64,000 nt of DNA from Acidimicrobiia bacterium (GTDB lineage: Bacteria; Actinomycetota; Acidimicrobiia; Acidimicrobiales; JANYDT01): contig JAYSSK010000206.1 of assembly GCA_043720595.1 (NCBI GenBank), forward strand, positions 7,016-71,015. The letters run 5' to 3'. Position numbers and translations under genes: made by a program. This document shows positions 9,813 to 18,692 of the stretch, in pieces. Under the pieces are notes generated by a model. The model worked only from the letters and a program-made list of their open reading frames with translations. It had not been told where the DNA came from and searched no databases. How positions within the stretch are numbered: the stretch's first letter is position 1; the number at the start of each line of letters is the position of its first letter.

Positions 9813-10426
9813 ACGGACAGATCGGGATGCGAGAAGCGCTGCGTCAGGACTTCGAGGCGTGCATGGCGCTGGACCATCTGCGGCCCCGCGGGCTGCGGCG
9901 AACGTTCGACGTATTGACCCAGTCCGGATTTCTGACGGTCGTGTTGTTCCGCGTTGCCCACGCAGCTCATCTCCGTGGTTGGTTCCCATTGGCACGATTC
10001 CTCCTGCTTTTGATGGTGATTCTCTTCAGCGCCGAGATCTACCCGCAGGCTCGAATCGGCCCTGGTTTCGTGATCGCGCACCCCATGGGTGTAGCGATCG
10101 GCGCCGGCACCGTCATTGGCCCGAACGTTCAGGTTTACAAGGGTGCATCCATCGGCACCGCCGGGCTCCGCGACCCAGATCTCGATGGTTTTCCTACAAT
10201 CGAAGAAGGGTGCAAGATCTTCGATGGAGCCAAGGTGTTCGGGCCCATCACGATCGGAGCCCACAGCCGCATCGGGGCCGGGGTACTGCTGCTCCAGACA
10301 GTCCCACCGCACTCAACGGTGTTCGCACCGCAAGGCCAGGTTCGTACGGCGTCTCCCGAGGAACTGGCTGGCATCGAGCCGAAACACCTGATGAACGATC
10401 GAGAGGACCCCGTATGGGCGCCGTAA
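9809..10426 (+). CDS. Serine-acetyltransferase-like hexapeptide-repeat (LbH) O-acetyltransferase
   Basis: AEIYPQARIGPGFVIAHPMGVAIG and PTIEEGCKIFDGAKVFGPITIG. Start at GTG 9809 overlapping the GT4 stop. Confidence 0.85.
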   Translation: MNGQIGMREALRQDFEACMALDHLRPRGLRRTFDVLTQSGFLTVVLFRVAHAAHLRGWFPLARFLLLLMVILFSAEIYPQARIGPGFVIAHPMGVAIGAGTVIGPNVQVYKGASIGTAGLRDPDLDGFPTIEEGCKIFDGAKVFGPITIGAHSRIGAGVLLLQTVPPHSTVFAPQGQVRTASPEELAGIEPKHLMNDREDPVWAP

Positions 10427-11439
10427 AAAAGCTGCTGCTCGGGACCGTCCTCTCGGCAGCGGTCGGGGTGGGCATCGTTGCCCTCATCGCGTCGAAAGTG
10501 AACCGCGTCCCATCGGTGCCATCCGGTTTTGTTGCTCCAACCTCGCTCGTCGCTTCGTCGGCCCTGCTGAGTCCGACAGACATCGTTTTCGATTCGAACC
10601 GCACCGGAAATTTCGAGATCTGGGTCATGGCCGGTGACGGCGGCGCACAGCGCCAACTCACTTCTGACACGCAGACAGACGCGTGGTGGCCCCGCCCATC
10701 ACCCGACCGCCGACACATTCTCTTCAACCGTGTGCCAGCAGGTGTTCACGACACGAAGACAGCAAGCGTTTCGCTGTGGGTGATGGACTCCAACGGTAGG
10801 AACCAACGGCTACTCAGACCGCCAGGACTGGACGGGTGGGGCCAACAAGGGCACGCCGAATGGTCCCCCAGCGGCAACCAGTTGGTGATGTTCGGCGGCA
10901 GCACGCTGAACCCACAGATCTATCTCACGGATGCAACCGGTCAGTCTCCGCGAGCGCTCACGGACCGAGGAGGAACAAACATCGATCCGTCTTTTGCTCC
11001 TGACGGACAGACCATTACGTTCGTAGGATGCCCTCGGTCGTTCTGTCAGGCGAGCGACTACGAGATCTATACCGTTGCCGTGACAGGCGGCCCGGTGACA
11101 CGGATTACTGACGATAATCTGCGCGACCACGACCCGTACTTCTCTCCGGACGGCAACCAACTCGCATGGCTCACCGAAGTGACCAAGCCATCGAAGAGCG
11201 ACCCAACCGGAGCTTGGGACGTCCGCTTGTCCGACGCGTCAGGGGCCGGGATCAAACGGTTGACGAACGACACGCACATCACAAGCCGGCCGATCTGGGC
11301 CCCAGATGGCCAGTCCGTATTGGTCCACCGCCTCGAAAAGGGAACGGACACATCATTCCAACTGTTCCGGATTCAAGTGGCGACGGGCGCAATCACACGC
11401 CTGACCTCCGGACCATCAGTCAACGAGTACCCCGGCTAG
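10414..11439 (+). CDS. TolB-like (PD40) beta-propeller protein with N-terminal membrane anchor or signal
   Basis: IVFDSNRTGNFEIWVM, PRPSPDR, AEWSPSG, PSFAPDG, PYFSPDG, PIWAPDG. Hydrophobic N-terminus from ATG 10414. Confidence 0.88.
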   Translation: MGAVKKLLLGTVLSAAVGVGIVALIASKVNRVPSVPSGFVAPTSLVASSALLSPTDIVFDSNRTGNFEIWVMAGDGGAQRQLTSDTQTDAWWPRPSPDRRHILFNRVPAGVHDTKTASVSLWVMDSNGRNQRLLRPPGLDGWGQQGHAEWSPSGNQLVMFGGSTLNPQIYLTDATGQSPRALTDRGGTNIDPSFAPDGQTITFVGCPRSFCQASDYEIYTVAVTGGPVTRITDDNLRDHDPYFSPDGNQLAWLTEVTKPSKSDPTGAWDVRLSDASGAGIKRLTNDTHITSRPIWAPDGQSVLVHRLEKGTDTSFQLFRIQVATGAITRLTSGPSVNEYPG

Positions 11440-11457
11440 CCGGGTGCACACCTTCGG

Positions 11458-12981
11458 TCATCGGCGGGTTGCGGCCGCCCGTGTCAACCGATCTATGACC
11501 GCCGGTGAAAGGCCCTCGGCGTCTGCCGGAGGTTCAACGAGCAGCAGATCAAATCCTGCGATGTCCGCTTGACGTAAGCGCGCGTACAAAACAGCGGCAA
11601 GAGTCGCTCCGGTATACGGGAGCGGCGCGTCGATCTTGGCGGCTCCGGCCGGACCAGAGCCTGGTCCGAGGTAACCCACCCGGCTCCACTCCCCCGGCGG
11701 GATCGGGCTTCCCGGTTCGACTAACAGGACGGCAGCGCGGGGCGCATAGTGGCTGGCCAGCATTCCGGGTGCACGGCTAGGGCCCGATGCAACGGCCTGC
11801 ACAGGGCGCCCGATCACAGCCGCGATTTCGTCTGCGCTAATTGCTCCCGGGCGCAACACCTGCGCGTTGCCGTCAGCCAACTCGACAATGGTGGATTCGA
11901 CGCCAATCACACACGAACCACCATCGAGAATCGTGTCGACCAGACCATCTGCGTGCACATGATCAGCACACGTAGGACTGACGGCGCCGAATCGATTAGC
12001 AGATGGTGCAACCAGTCCCGCGTGCTCGCCACATAGAGCGATGAGCGCGAGCGATAGCGGGTGACGGGGTACGCGCACAGCAATTGTGTCGCGCCCGCCG
12101 GTGACCTCGTCGAGAACGTGTGCTTGACGCGGGAGCACAATGGTCAGCGGTCCTGGCCAGAACGCAGCAGCCAGTCGACGGGCGTCGTCGGTGACCACCG
12201 CCCAGGTGGACAACGAAGCTGCCGACGCGATGTGAACAATCAGCGGATGGTCGATGGGTCTGCCCTTTGCCGCGAACACCGAACGAACAGCAATCGGGTT
12301 GGCGGCATCTGCAGCCAACCCATAGACCGTCTCGGTTGGAATAGCGACAAGGCCACCCCCGCGAATGATCTCCGCTGCTTGCTCGACAGGGCCGGGTCCC
12401 TGGCTGTCGCGATCGGCCAGATCGAGCGCCCGCGTCATCACGATCGGCGCAGGAGAGTTGGGCGAAGCGTGCCCATACAAGCGATCAGGCGTCACGACAT
12501 AACCAATGCGCGCATACCATCGAACCAACTCCGGTTGAAAGGCACTCACCGCTAGCAGGGTCTCCGTTGCCCCGGTGGCTGCAGCGGTTTCGTGGGCTGC
12601 CTTTATCAGCGCTGTCCCAATGCCACTTCCGAACCATTGAGGAGCGCTGGCCACCTTGGTGACTTCTGCCGTACCGATACTGCGCTCATAGCCACGTTGA
12701 GGGCCATCCGCCGGGTTGCCGACACCAGAGGGGATCACCGAAACGGAGCCGACCAAGACACCCTGGTCGAACGCACCGAGCACCACAGCACCCTCGTCGA
12801 TCAATGCTCTAAGTGACTCGGGTCTGAGCCGCTGACCGCTCGAACGCGCATCGACCCTGGCGGCCCAAGCCGCGCGAATCAGGTCCACAACGGCGGTCTC
12901 TTCCTCGGCGCCAACAATCTGCCGGATCTCCAATCGGCCCGACTGCCCGATTGCCTGCCCGATTGCCTGCCCGATAGCCAC
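11458..12981 (-). CDS. sua5: GNAT acetyltransferase fused to Sua5/TsaC2 L-threonylcarbamoyladenylate synthase
   Basis: N-terminal GNAT (VASAPQWFGSGIGTALI, WYARIGY) in frame with AIPTETVYGL, KGRP..HPLIVH, APSANRFG, GVESTIV and PGMLASHYAP. Confidence 0.9.
   Translation of the reverse strand: MAIGQAIGQAIGQSGRLEIRQIVGAEEETAVVDLIRAAWAARVDARSSGQRLRPESLRALIDEGAVVLGAFDQGVLVGSVSVIPSGVGNPADGPQRGYERSIGTAEVTKVASAPQWFGSGIGTALIKAAHETAAATGATETLLAVSAFQPELVRWYARIGYVVTPDRLYGHASPNSPAPIVMTRALDLADRDSQGPGPVEQAAEIIRGGGLVAIPTETVYGLAADAANPIAVRSVFAAKGRPIDHPLIVHIASAASLSTWAVVTDDARRLAAAFWPGPLTIVLPRQAHVLDEVTGGRDTIAVRVPRHPLSLALIALCGEHAGLVAPSANRFGAVSPTCADHVHADGLVDTILDGGSCVIGVESTIVELADGNAQVLRPGAISADEIAAVIGRPVQAVASGPSRAPGMLASHYAPRAAVLLVEPGSPIPPGEWSRVGYLGPGSGPAGAAKIDAPLPYTGATLAAVLYARLRQADIAGFDLLLVEPPADAEGLSPAVIDRLTRAAATRR
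12943..12978. repeat. 12-bp tandem repeat x3 (CTGCCCGATTGC) encoding AIGQ x3
   Basis: Read directly; third copy has one mismatch. Confidence 0.9.
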
Positions 12982-13023
12982 GGTTATGACGCTACCTGCA
13001 CGCTTCGGTAGGGTTCACCGGCT

Positions 13024-13497
13024 ATGGCTGACCAAACTCCACAACCTGCCGCAGAGGCCCCGAAGCGCAAGAATATGGACCGCTGGCTGGGCGATGGTGG
13101 CATGTCCATCATCGGTGGCATCGGAGCATCTATCGACTCGTACGGGGTCGTCGAGAGCAGTTACCGTGACCACGGATGGGCCGAGGGCCGTTGGGAACCC
13201 ACGATGCTTGCTTCCAACCCGCACGGCATCGTGCAGGCTGGCGTGCATGCGGTGCTGCACGACGCCCTGATGAACTTCGCGGTCAACTCAGCTTGCTCTG
13301 GCAAGGACCGAACAAGGGCAACACTCGAGATGAAGACCGAGACGATGAAAGTTGCCCAGGTTGGCGAGTCATTCACACTCCGAGGCGACGTGATCCGGAT
13401 GGCGAAGCAAGTTGCGTACGCCGAGGCCCGCGTGGTGGACGCCGGCGGCGAACTGGTGAGCCGGGCGACGGGGACGTTTCTACTGCATCGCGAATAG
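13024..13497 (+). CDS. PaaI family hotdog-fold thioesterase
   Basis: NPHGIVQAGVHAVLHD motif and C-terminal VAYAEARV...VSRATGTF. Confidence 0.85.
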   Translation: MADQTPQPAAEAPKRKNMDRWLGDGGMSIIGGIGASIDSYGVVESSYRDHGWAEGRWEPTMLASNPHGIVQAGVHAVLHDALMNFAVNSACSGKDRTRATLEMKTETMKVAQVGESFTLRGDVIRMAKQVAYAEARVVDAGGELVSRATGTFLLHRE

Positions 13498-13524
13498 CGG
13501 GGGTTCGGTCAATACGCTCGGGAG

Positions 13525-14310
13525 ATGACCTCTTCCACAGTTCCGGATTTCGCAGCAATCGGCAAGCACTTCTCGCTGGAGGGCAAAGTTGCCTTGGTCA
13601 CCGGCGGCAGCCGAGGAATGGGCCGGGAAATGGTGCTGGCGTTCGCCCAGGCCGGTGCCAATGTGGTCATTGCCAGCCGACGGGTCGAGTCATGCGAGGC
13701 GTTGGCTGCCGAAGTGGAAGCGTCAACTGGCAGGGCTGCATTGGCAGTCGCCTGTCACGTTGCTGACTGGGACCAGATCGACAACCTCGTCAACGTCTCC
13801 TACGAACATTTCGGCAAAGTCGACGTGTTGGTCAACAACGCCGGTATGTCGCCGCTCTACGACAAGCTCTCCGACGTCACGCGGGAGCTGTACAACAAGG
13901 TGCTCGATGTGAACCTTGCCGGGCCTTTTCGGCTCACTGCACTTGTTGGTGAACGAATGCAAGCCGGAAGCGGCGGCTCGATCATCAACGTCAGCAGTGG
14001 CGGCGCGGTCCGGCCGACCAAGAACATCATCCCGTACGCAGCGGCCAAGGCCGGTCTCAACGCGATGACGGTCGGTTTCGCTCATTCGTTCGGTCCCACC
14101 GTTCGTGTGAACTGCATTCAATCCGGTCCGGTGCTCACCGACATCGCAAAGGCATGGCCAGAGGAAATGCTCGAGAAGGGCCCCGAGCGCCTCGCCCTAC
14201 GCCGCTACGGGTTGCCAAGCGAGGTGGTTGGCGCCGCCCTCTATTTTGCGTCCGACGCATCCAGCTTCACCACGGGTTCGATCCTCGCCATGGACGGTGG
14301 CATGCCCTAA
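13525..14310 (+). CDS. Classical SDR family oxidoreductase
   Basis: TGGSRGMG, NNAG, YAAAK and VRVNCI motifs. Confidence 0.93.
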   Translation: MTSSTVPDFAAIGKHFSLEGKVALVTGGSRGMGREMVLAFAQAGANVVIASRRVESCEALAAEVEASTGRAALAVACHVADWDQIDNLVNVSYEHFGKVDVLVNNAGMSPLYDKLSDVTRELYNKVLDVNLAGPFRLTALVGERMQAGSGGSIINVSSGGAVRPTKNIIPYAAAKAGLNAMTVGFAHSFGPTVRVNCIQSGPVLTDIAKAWPEEMLEKGPERLALRRYGLPSEVVGAALYFASDASSFTTGSILAMDGGMP

Positions 14311-14354
14311 GGAAGGGGTTTCCTCAGGGATCCGCCATCTCCCGAAAGCGAATC

Positions 14355-14380
14355 CCGACAAATCCGATCGGATTTATCGG
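14355..14380. promoter_or_regulatory. Near-perfect 26-bp palindrome upstream of the peroxiredoxin gene; candidate repressor operator
   Basis: CCGAcAAATCCGA|TCGGATTTaTCGG, about 45 bp before the ATG. Confidence 0.5.
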
Positions 14381-14426
14381 TTATTGTGTCGGCAACGCAC
14401 ACAACAACTCTTCGGAGGAGATTCAC

Positions 14427-15062
14427 ATGTCACTTCGCCTTGGCGACACCGCACCCGATTTCACCGCACCAACGACCCAGGGCGAGATCAGCTTTCATGA
14501 CTGGCTGGGAGACAGCTGGGGCGTGCTCTTCAGCCACCCAAAGGACTTCACCCCGGTCTGCACCACCGAGCTTGGCCGTGTTGCTCACCTCAAGGGTGAG
14601 TTCGACAAGCGCAACGTGAAGGTCATCGGCTTGTCGGTCGACCCGGTCGAGAGCCATCTCAAGTGGGAAGAAGACATCGCCGAGACCCAGGGCGCAGCGG
14701 TCAACTTCCCAATGATTGGTGACCCAGACAAGACGGTCGCCGACCTGTACGACATGATCCACCCCAACGCATCAGACACATTCACGGTGCGCAGCGTGTT
14801 CGTGATCGGGCCCGACAAGAAGGTCAAGCTGCAGATCACCTACCCAGCCTCGACCGGGCGCAACTTCGACGAGATCCTGCGCGTCATCGACAGCCTGCAG
14901 CTCACCGCCAAGTACAAGGTGGCCACACCGGTCGACTGGCGTGACGGCGGCGATGTCATCATCGGCGCAGCTGTCAGCGATGCCGAGGCAAAAGAGTTGT
15001 TCCCGCAAGGCTGGACAACCGTCAAGCCATACCTGCGGGTGCTCCCACAACCTGGCAAGTAA
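14427..15062 (+). CDS. 1-Cys peroxiredoxin (Prx6 family)
   Basis: FSHPKDFTPVCTTELG and YPASTGRNFDEILRVIDSLQ. GGAGGAG SD before ATG 14427. Confidence 0.96.
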   Translation: MSLRLGDTAPDFTAPTTQGEISFHDWLGDSWGVLFSHPKDFTPVCTTELGRVAHLKGEFDKRNVKVIGLSVDPVESHLKWEEDIAETQGAAVNFPMIGDPDKTVADLYDMIHPNASDTFTVRSVFVIGPDKKVKLQITYPASTGRNFDEILRVIDSLQLTAKYKVATPVDWRDGGDVIIGAAVSDAEAKELFPQGWTTVKPYLRVLPQPGK

Positions 15063-15109
15063 TTCCGCTGGCGAGGTGCACCTCGCCAGTCACCAGCATC
15101 AAACGCAAG

Positions 15110-15155
15110 ACGGGCGGTTCGTTCTCCGGGGGGAGGCACGAGCCGCCCGTTTTTC
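15110..15155 (+). terminator. Intrinsic terminator after the peroxiredoxin
   Basis: ACGGGCGGTTCGT...ACGAGCCGCCCGT stem followed by a T run. Confidence 0.7.
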
Positions 15156-15266
15156 GCGGACCGGTCAATCCGCCGGTTCGACGGACGGGTCGTTGACGAC
15201 GGTTTGAGCAGCGGCTGAACACCGGACGGCGGAAATGTTCCCAAGCGCTGCCGATAGCGTGGGCAC

Positions 15267-16283
15267 GTGAGTGGGTCATCACATCGACGCGAAGACCGAC
15301 CGGATTGGGCGCAGGCCAACCCGGTGCGGATCGACGCGGCGCTCGCCCGAGCGCTGGTCAAGCCATCCGGTGGCTGGTTTGTGTTGGGCGCGTCACGGAC
15401 CTACGGCGGGTCGAGCCGGCACGTGATTGCCAAACTGTCGCCGCTGCGACGAGGCCCGTCCAAAGTGTTGGGTCCTTGGCGCGAGACAGTTGCCGATCAG
15501 GAGTTGGTGTTGTGGCGCACCGAGCCCGGCGGACCGCTTCACATTGCACCTGGCTCCTGCCCCCATATGGGTGCCCATCTCGCCGACGGATCGGTCCGTG
15601 ACGGGTGCCTTGTGTGCCCTTGGCACGGACTATCGCTCGACGAACCCCATGGGCAATGGCGGCAGCTTCCGGTTCACGACGACGGGATCTTGGTGTGGGT
15701 GCAACTCGAACCAACGGCCGCTGACGCACTCAGCGCCCCCGTGCTCCCCAAGCGACCTGATGTCTTCCTCGACGGCGTGACCCGAGTCGATGCCACATGC
15801 GAACCAGCCGACGTGATCGCCAACCGCCTCGACCCATGGCACGGCGCACACATCCATCCGTACGCGTTCACGGCCTTGCGCGTGATCGACGAGACCGACG
15901 ATGCAATCGATCTGGTCGTGGCGTACAAGGTGGTCGGCTCGTACGCCGTCGAAGTCACCGCCCGGTTCGAAACCCCCGAGCCAAGGACGATCGTGATGAC
16001 GATCATCGATGGCGAAGGCACGGGCTCGGTCGTCGAAACGCACGCCACCCCCATCGTGTCTGCGACCGCCAACCGATCGCCGCGCACCGCCGTGATCGAG
16101 GCGACACTGGCGACGTCTGACCGCCCAGGTTTCGCGTACGCCTTACGCGGAGCAGCGATCGCCAGGCCGATCATCAAGCTGTCAGCTGCACGGCTCTGGA
16201 AGGACGACGCCAGGTACGCCGAGCGGCGCTACCACCAGCGCGTCGCTCTAGGCAACCCTCGACCCACCAACTCAAGCCTTTGA
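15267..16283 (+). CDS. crtV: Rieske [2Fe-2S] domain protein of carotenoid clusters (CrtV/DUF5914-like)
   Basis: CPHMGAHL and CPWHG Rieske motifs, DVIANRLDPWHGA, SVVETHATP, RLWKDDARYAERRY. Lies near crtU/crtT. Confidence 0.75.
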   Translation: MSGSSHRREDRPDWAQANPVRIDAALARALVKPSGGWFVLGASRTYGGSSRHVIAKLSPLRRGPSKVLGPWRETVADQELVLWRTEPGGPLHIAPGSCPHMGAHLADGSVRDGCLVCPWHGLSLDEPHGQWRQLPVHDDGILVWVQLEPTAADALSAPVLPKRPDVFLDGVTRVDATCEPADVIANRLDPWHGAHIHPYAFTALRVIDETDDAIDLVVAYKVVGSYAVEVTARFETPEPRTIVMTIIDGEGTGSVVETHATPIVSATANRSPRTAVIEATLATSDRPGFAYALRGAAIARPIIKLSAARLWKDDARYAERRYHQRVALGNPRPTNSSL

Positions 16284-16322
16284 CCGGCAGTCACGCCAGC
16301 ACGATGAGATCACTGGGCGGAC

Positions 16323-16394
16323 TCACCGAGTCAGGTCGATCAAATCGGATCGACCCACCCGGATCCGGTTGCCGTTCGGGTCGATCACGGTGAA
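16323..16394 (-). pseudogene. Possible C-terminal remnant of a VOC/glyoxalase family gene
   Basis: Minus-strand frame reads FTVIDPNGNRIRVG then stop, matching the DPxGN terminal motif. An in-frame stop lies shortly upstream. Confidence 0.35.
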
Positions 16395-16493
16395 CAGGTT
16401 CAGCGGAGCGGCTCGAACTATGCAGCCGCGTACACGTCATTGGCCGTCGTCGATCGCAGGGTTGAGTATCCCGGGCGACGCGCTCGGCAACGT

Positions 16494-17468
16494 TCAGTTC
16501 GCCAACCGAGGTGGAAACAGCGTGCAATTGTTAGCGATCCCGCCGACATAACACTCATACGCTGGATCGACAGCCGTGTATCGAAGGTCGAGATCGATCG
16601 CGCTGGCTGTGCCGCGCAGCGGTCTGATCGCCACCGACAGATGCGTGAAGTCGTTCCCCGGGTTTGGCAGAACAGCCGGAGAAGCGGAATCGAAGTTGAC
16701 GCACCCCGCAGATTTCCAAACCGCCGGCAGGGTCTTGCCTCGCCACCCGCCTGGACACGCGACAAGCCTCACCGTTGAGTTCGTCGAGAGAGTGATGACC
16801 CCGGCCTTGGGATGAAACTGTTCGATCTGAGCCACGATGGAAGTCGAGATGGTGACTCGCTCGACACGGAGCCATACCTTGGCGGGTAGTTCCTCGAGGA
16901 CGCCTACCGCGCGGACATCGACCGGGAACGAACTTGATGCCAGATTCTTGAGCCGTGACAGGTCAGCGCTGTGCATCCACCCGACCACCGTCAGGCCACC
17001 GCCACCCCACATCGCACTGAACCTCGAATTTCCGGAGATTTCGGAAAGCACCTCGACCGCGGCCGGAATCGACTCGCCGACATAGGTGGCCTCGCCAGGA
17101 ACTGTCCGGAGCGTCACGCACACCGTGCGCCGGTTCAGTTCGCCGCGCTCATCGACGACACCGATCAGCGCGGTTCGGAGCGGTTCCGCATCGACCCGAG
17201 TCGTCCGGCCTGTGAACGCGATGGTTCGGCGGTCGAACTCCACCCGAAGGTCTCCGTTGGCGGCCGAAGGAACCGCTGGCGTGCACTGTCTGATGGTCAG
17301 CGCTTCAGCGCTCGGGGTTGCGTGGGCGAACAGGATCACCAGGACGAGCAGCGCGATGCCAGAGCAACGGATCGAACGCACACAACCAGTTGATCGCGCC
17401 GATGCCGCTGTACATATCCGAGGAACGGTTCGCACTCTGCGGCCGGGCAGCATCTCTCTATTGCTCAC
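16494..17468 (-). CDS. Hypothetical secreted protein (start uncertain)
   Basis: Signal-peptide-like IALLVLVILFAHATPSAEA; several Cys; no recognised domain. Confidence 0.6.
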   Translation of the reverse strand: MSNREMLPGRRVRTVPRICTAASARSTGCVRSIRCSGIALLVLVILFAHATPSAEALTIRQCTPAVPSAANGDLRVEFDRRTIAFTGRTTRVDAEPLRTALIGVVDERGELNRRTVCVTLRTVPGEATYVGESIPAAVEVLSEISGNSRFSAMWGGGGLTVVGWMHSADLSRLKNLASSSFPVDVRAVGVLEELPAKVWLRVERVTISTSIVAQIEQFHPKAGVITLSTNSTVRLVACPGGWRGKTLPAVWKSAGCVNFDSASPAVLPNPGNDFTHLSVAIRPLRGTASAIDLDLRYTAVDPAYECYVGGIANNCTLFPPRLAN

Positions 17469-18597
17469 CGGTGCAATGCCGACGAAGTGCTACGCCAGCT
17501 TCGAACAACGCATCGCAAACTCGGGCCAATGCGGTGGGCGACGTGACCAGCCCGGCACGGTCGTTCGGAGTGTGGAAATCCATCCCAGCACCACTGATCG
17601 AGAGCATCGGCAGATACAGGTGCTGAAGCACCTCCCCCTCGCCGACCCAATGAGGTGACGACGCGGTCAGCTTCAAGCCAATGGATGCAAGAGCTCCGTC
17701 GATTGGTTCGATCGCAGACTGGTTCAAGGACGTCATCGCTCTGCGAGTTGCGATGAGTTGGCGACCGTCGGAGCCGTCGGATTCGACCGCAACCGACGCA
17801 CCGATGTGCATGATGCAACCCAGCTCGGGGTCGACACTCCGGTCTCCCGTCAGCTGTTGCGCAACCCAGTGTTCCGCGCCGAGATAGCCCAGTTCGTGGC
17901 CGCCAGTGGCAACGACGAAGATCGGCCCACCGAGAATAAGCCGACTGACCAATTCGAGTAGCACTGCGACCCCGGTCCCTCGCTCGCCGGCGCAACCGAA
18001 CCATCCGGTGAGCGGCGTCGTCAGCATCAGATGCTTTCCGGGTCGACCATTGTCGGCAAACACGTTGGTCGTGCTCAGTGGCATCGTCTGAGCAGACGCT
18101 CGAACATGCACGACGCCGGACTGCAGGACGCTCAACTCGGTGCCAGCGACAAGGAACACCGGGAAATTGGTCGGGTCTACGTGCAACGGCCGGTTGATCG
18201 CCCGCAGCAACCCGGAGGGATGGCGCGTTGCGCAGACTGCGGCCTCGAAGCCAGCCTCACGGGCTCGGCGAACGGGCTCGGCTATAACCGAGATGTCGCC
18301 GCCGAGCCCCGGCTCAAGGTCGATGACGGCAACCCGGTCGGTGTCGATCGTTCCCTGCCACTCGTACGGCACGGGCAGGCACTCGACCTCGTGCTGACCC
18401 ACCCGAATGGTTGCGTCGGAATGCCAGCCCGTGAAGTTGACGGTCTCTCGACGGACGGAAAGCCCGGCAAGCTCTAGGTGTTCGGTCAACCAATCGGCTG
18501 TCTCTAGGTCCACCGAGGAACCAGTTCGGTGAAAACCGAGTGCCTCGTACTCAGCCACTAAACGGAAGAGTTGATCTGGAGAACGACCAGGTCCCAT
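17458..18597 (-). CDS. Hypothetical protein with PA-domain / M28 peptidase-like architecture
   Basis: HRTGS, GERGTGVAVLLEL, GGHELGYLG and FHTPND resemble the M28 scaffold. Confidence 0.55.
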   Translation of the reverse strand: MGPGRSPDQLFRLVAEYEALGFHRTGSSVDLETADWLTEHLELAGLSVRRETVNFTGWHSDATIRVGQHEVECLPVPYEWQGTIDTDRVAVIDLEPGLGGDISVIAEPVRRAREAGFEAAVCATRHPSGLLRAINRPLHVDPTNFPVFLVAGTELSVLQSGVVHVRASAQTMPLSTTNVFADNGRPGKHLMLTTPLTGWFGCAGERGTGVAVLLELVSRLILGGPIFVVATGGHELGYLGAEHWVAQQLTGDRSVDPELGCIMHIGASVAVESDGSDGRQLIATRRAMTSLNQSAIEPIDGALASIGLKLTASSPHWVGEGEVLQHLYLPMLSISGAGMDFHTPNDRAGLVTSPTALARVCDALFEAGVALRRHCTGEQ

Positions 18598-18692
18598 GTG
18601 CGAAGACTACGACCGGTGCGTCAACGTCAGATTCACGATCACCATTCGCGCGTTGTAGGGGCTGCAGGCCGCGAGAGTGACACGGGCGGACG

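Noticed and set aside
9718..10413. 573-aa ORF-track protein suggesting a long N-terminal fusion on the second TolB-like protein
   Set aside because: The extension overlaps the acetyltransferase in another frame and reads as non-coding-frame sequence. The real start is ATG 10414.
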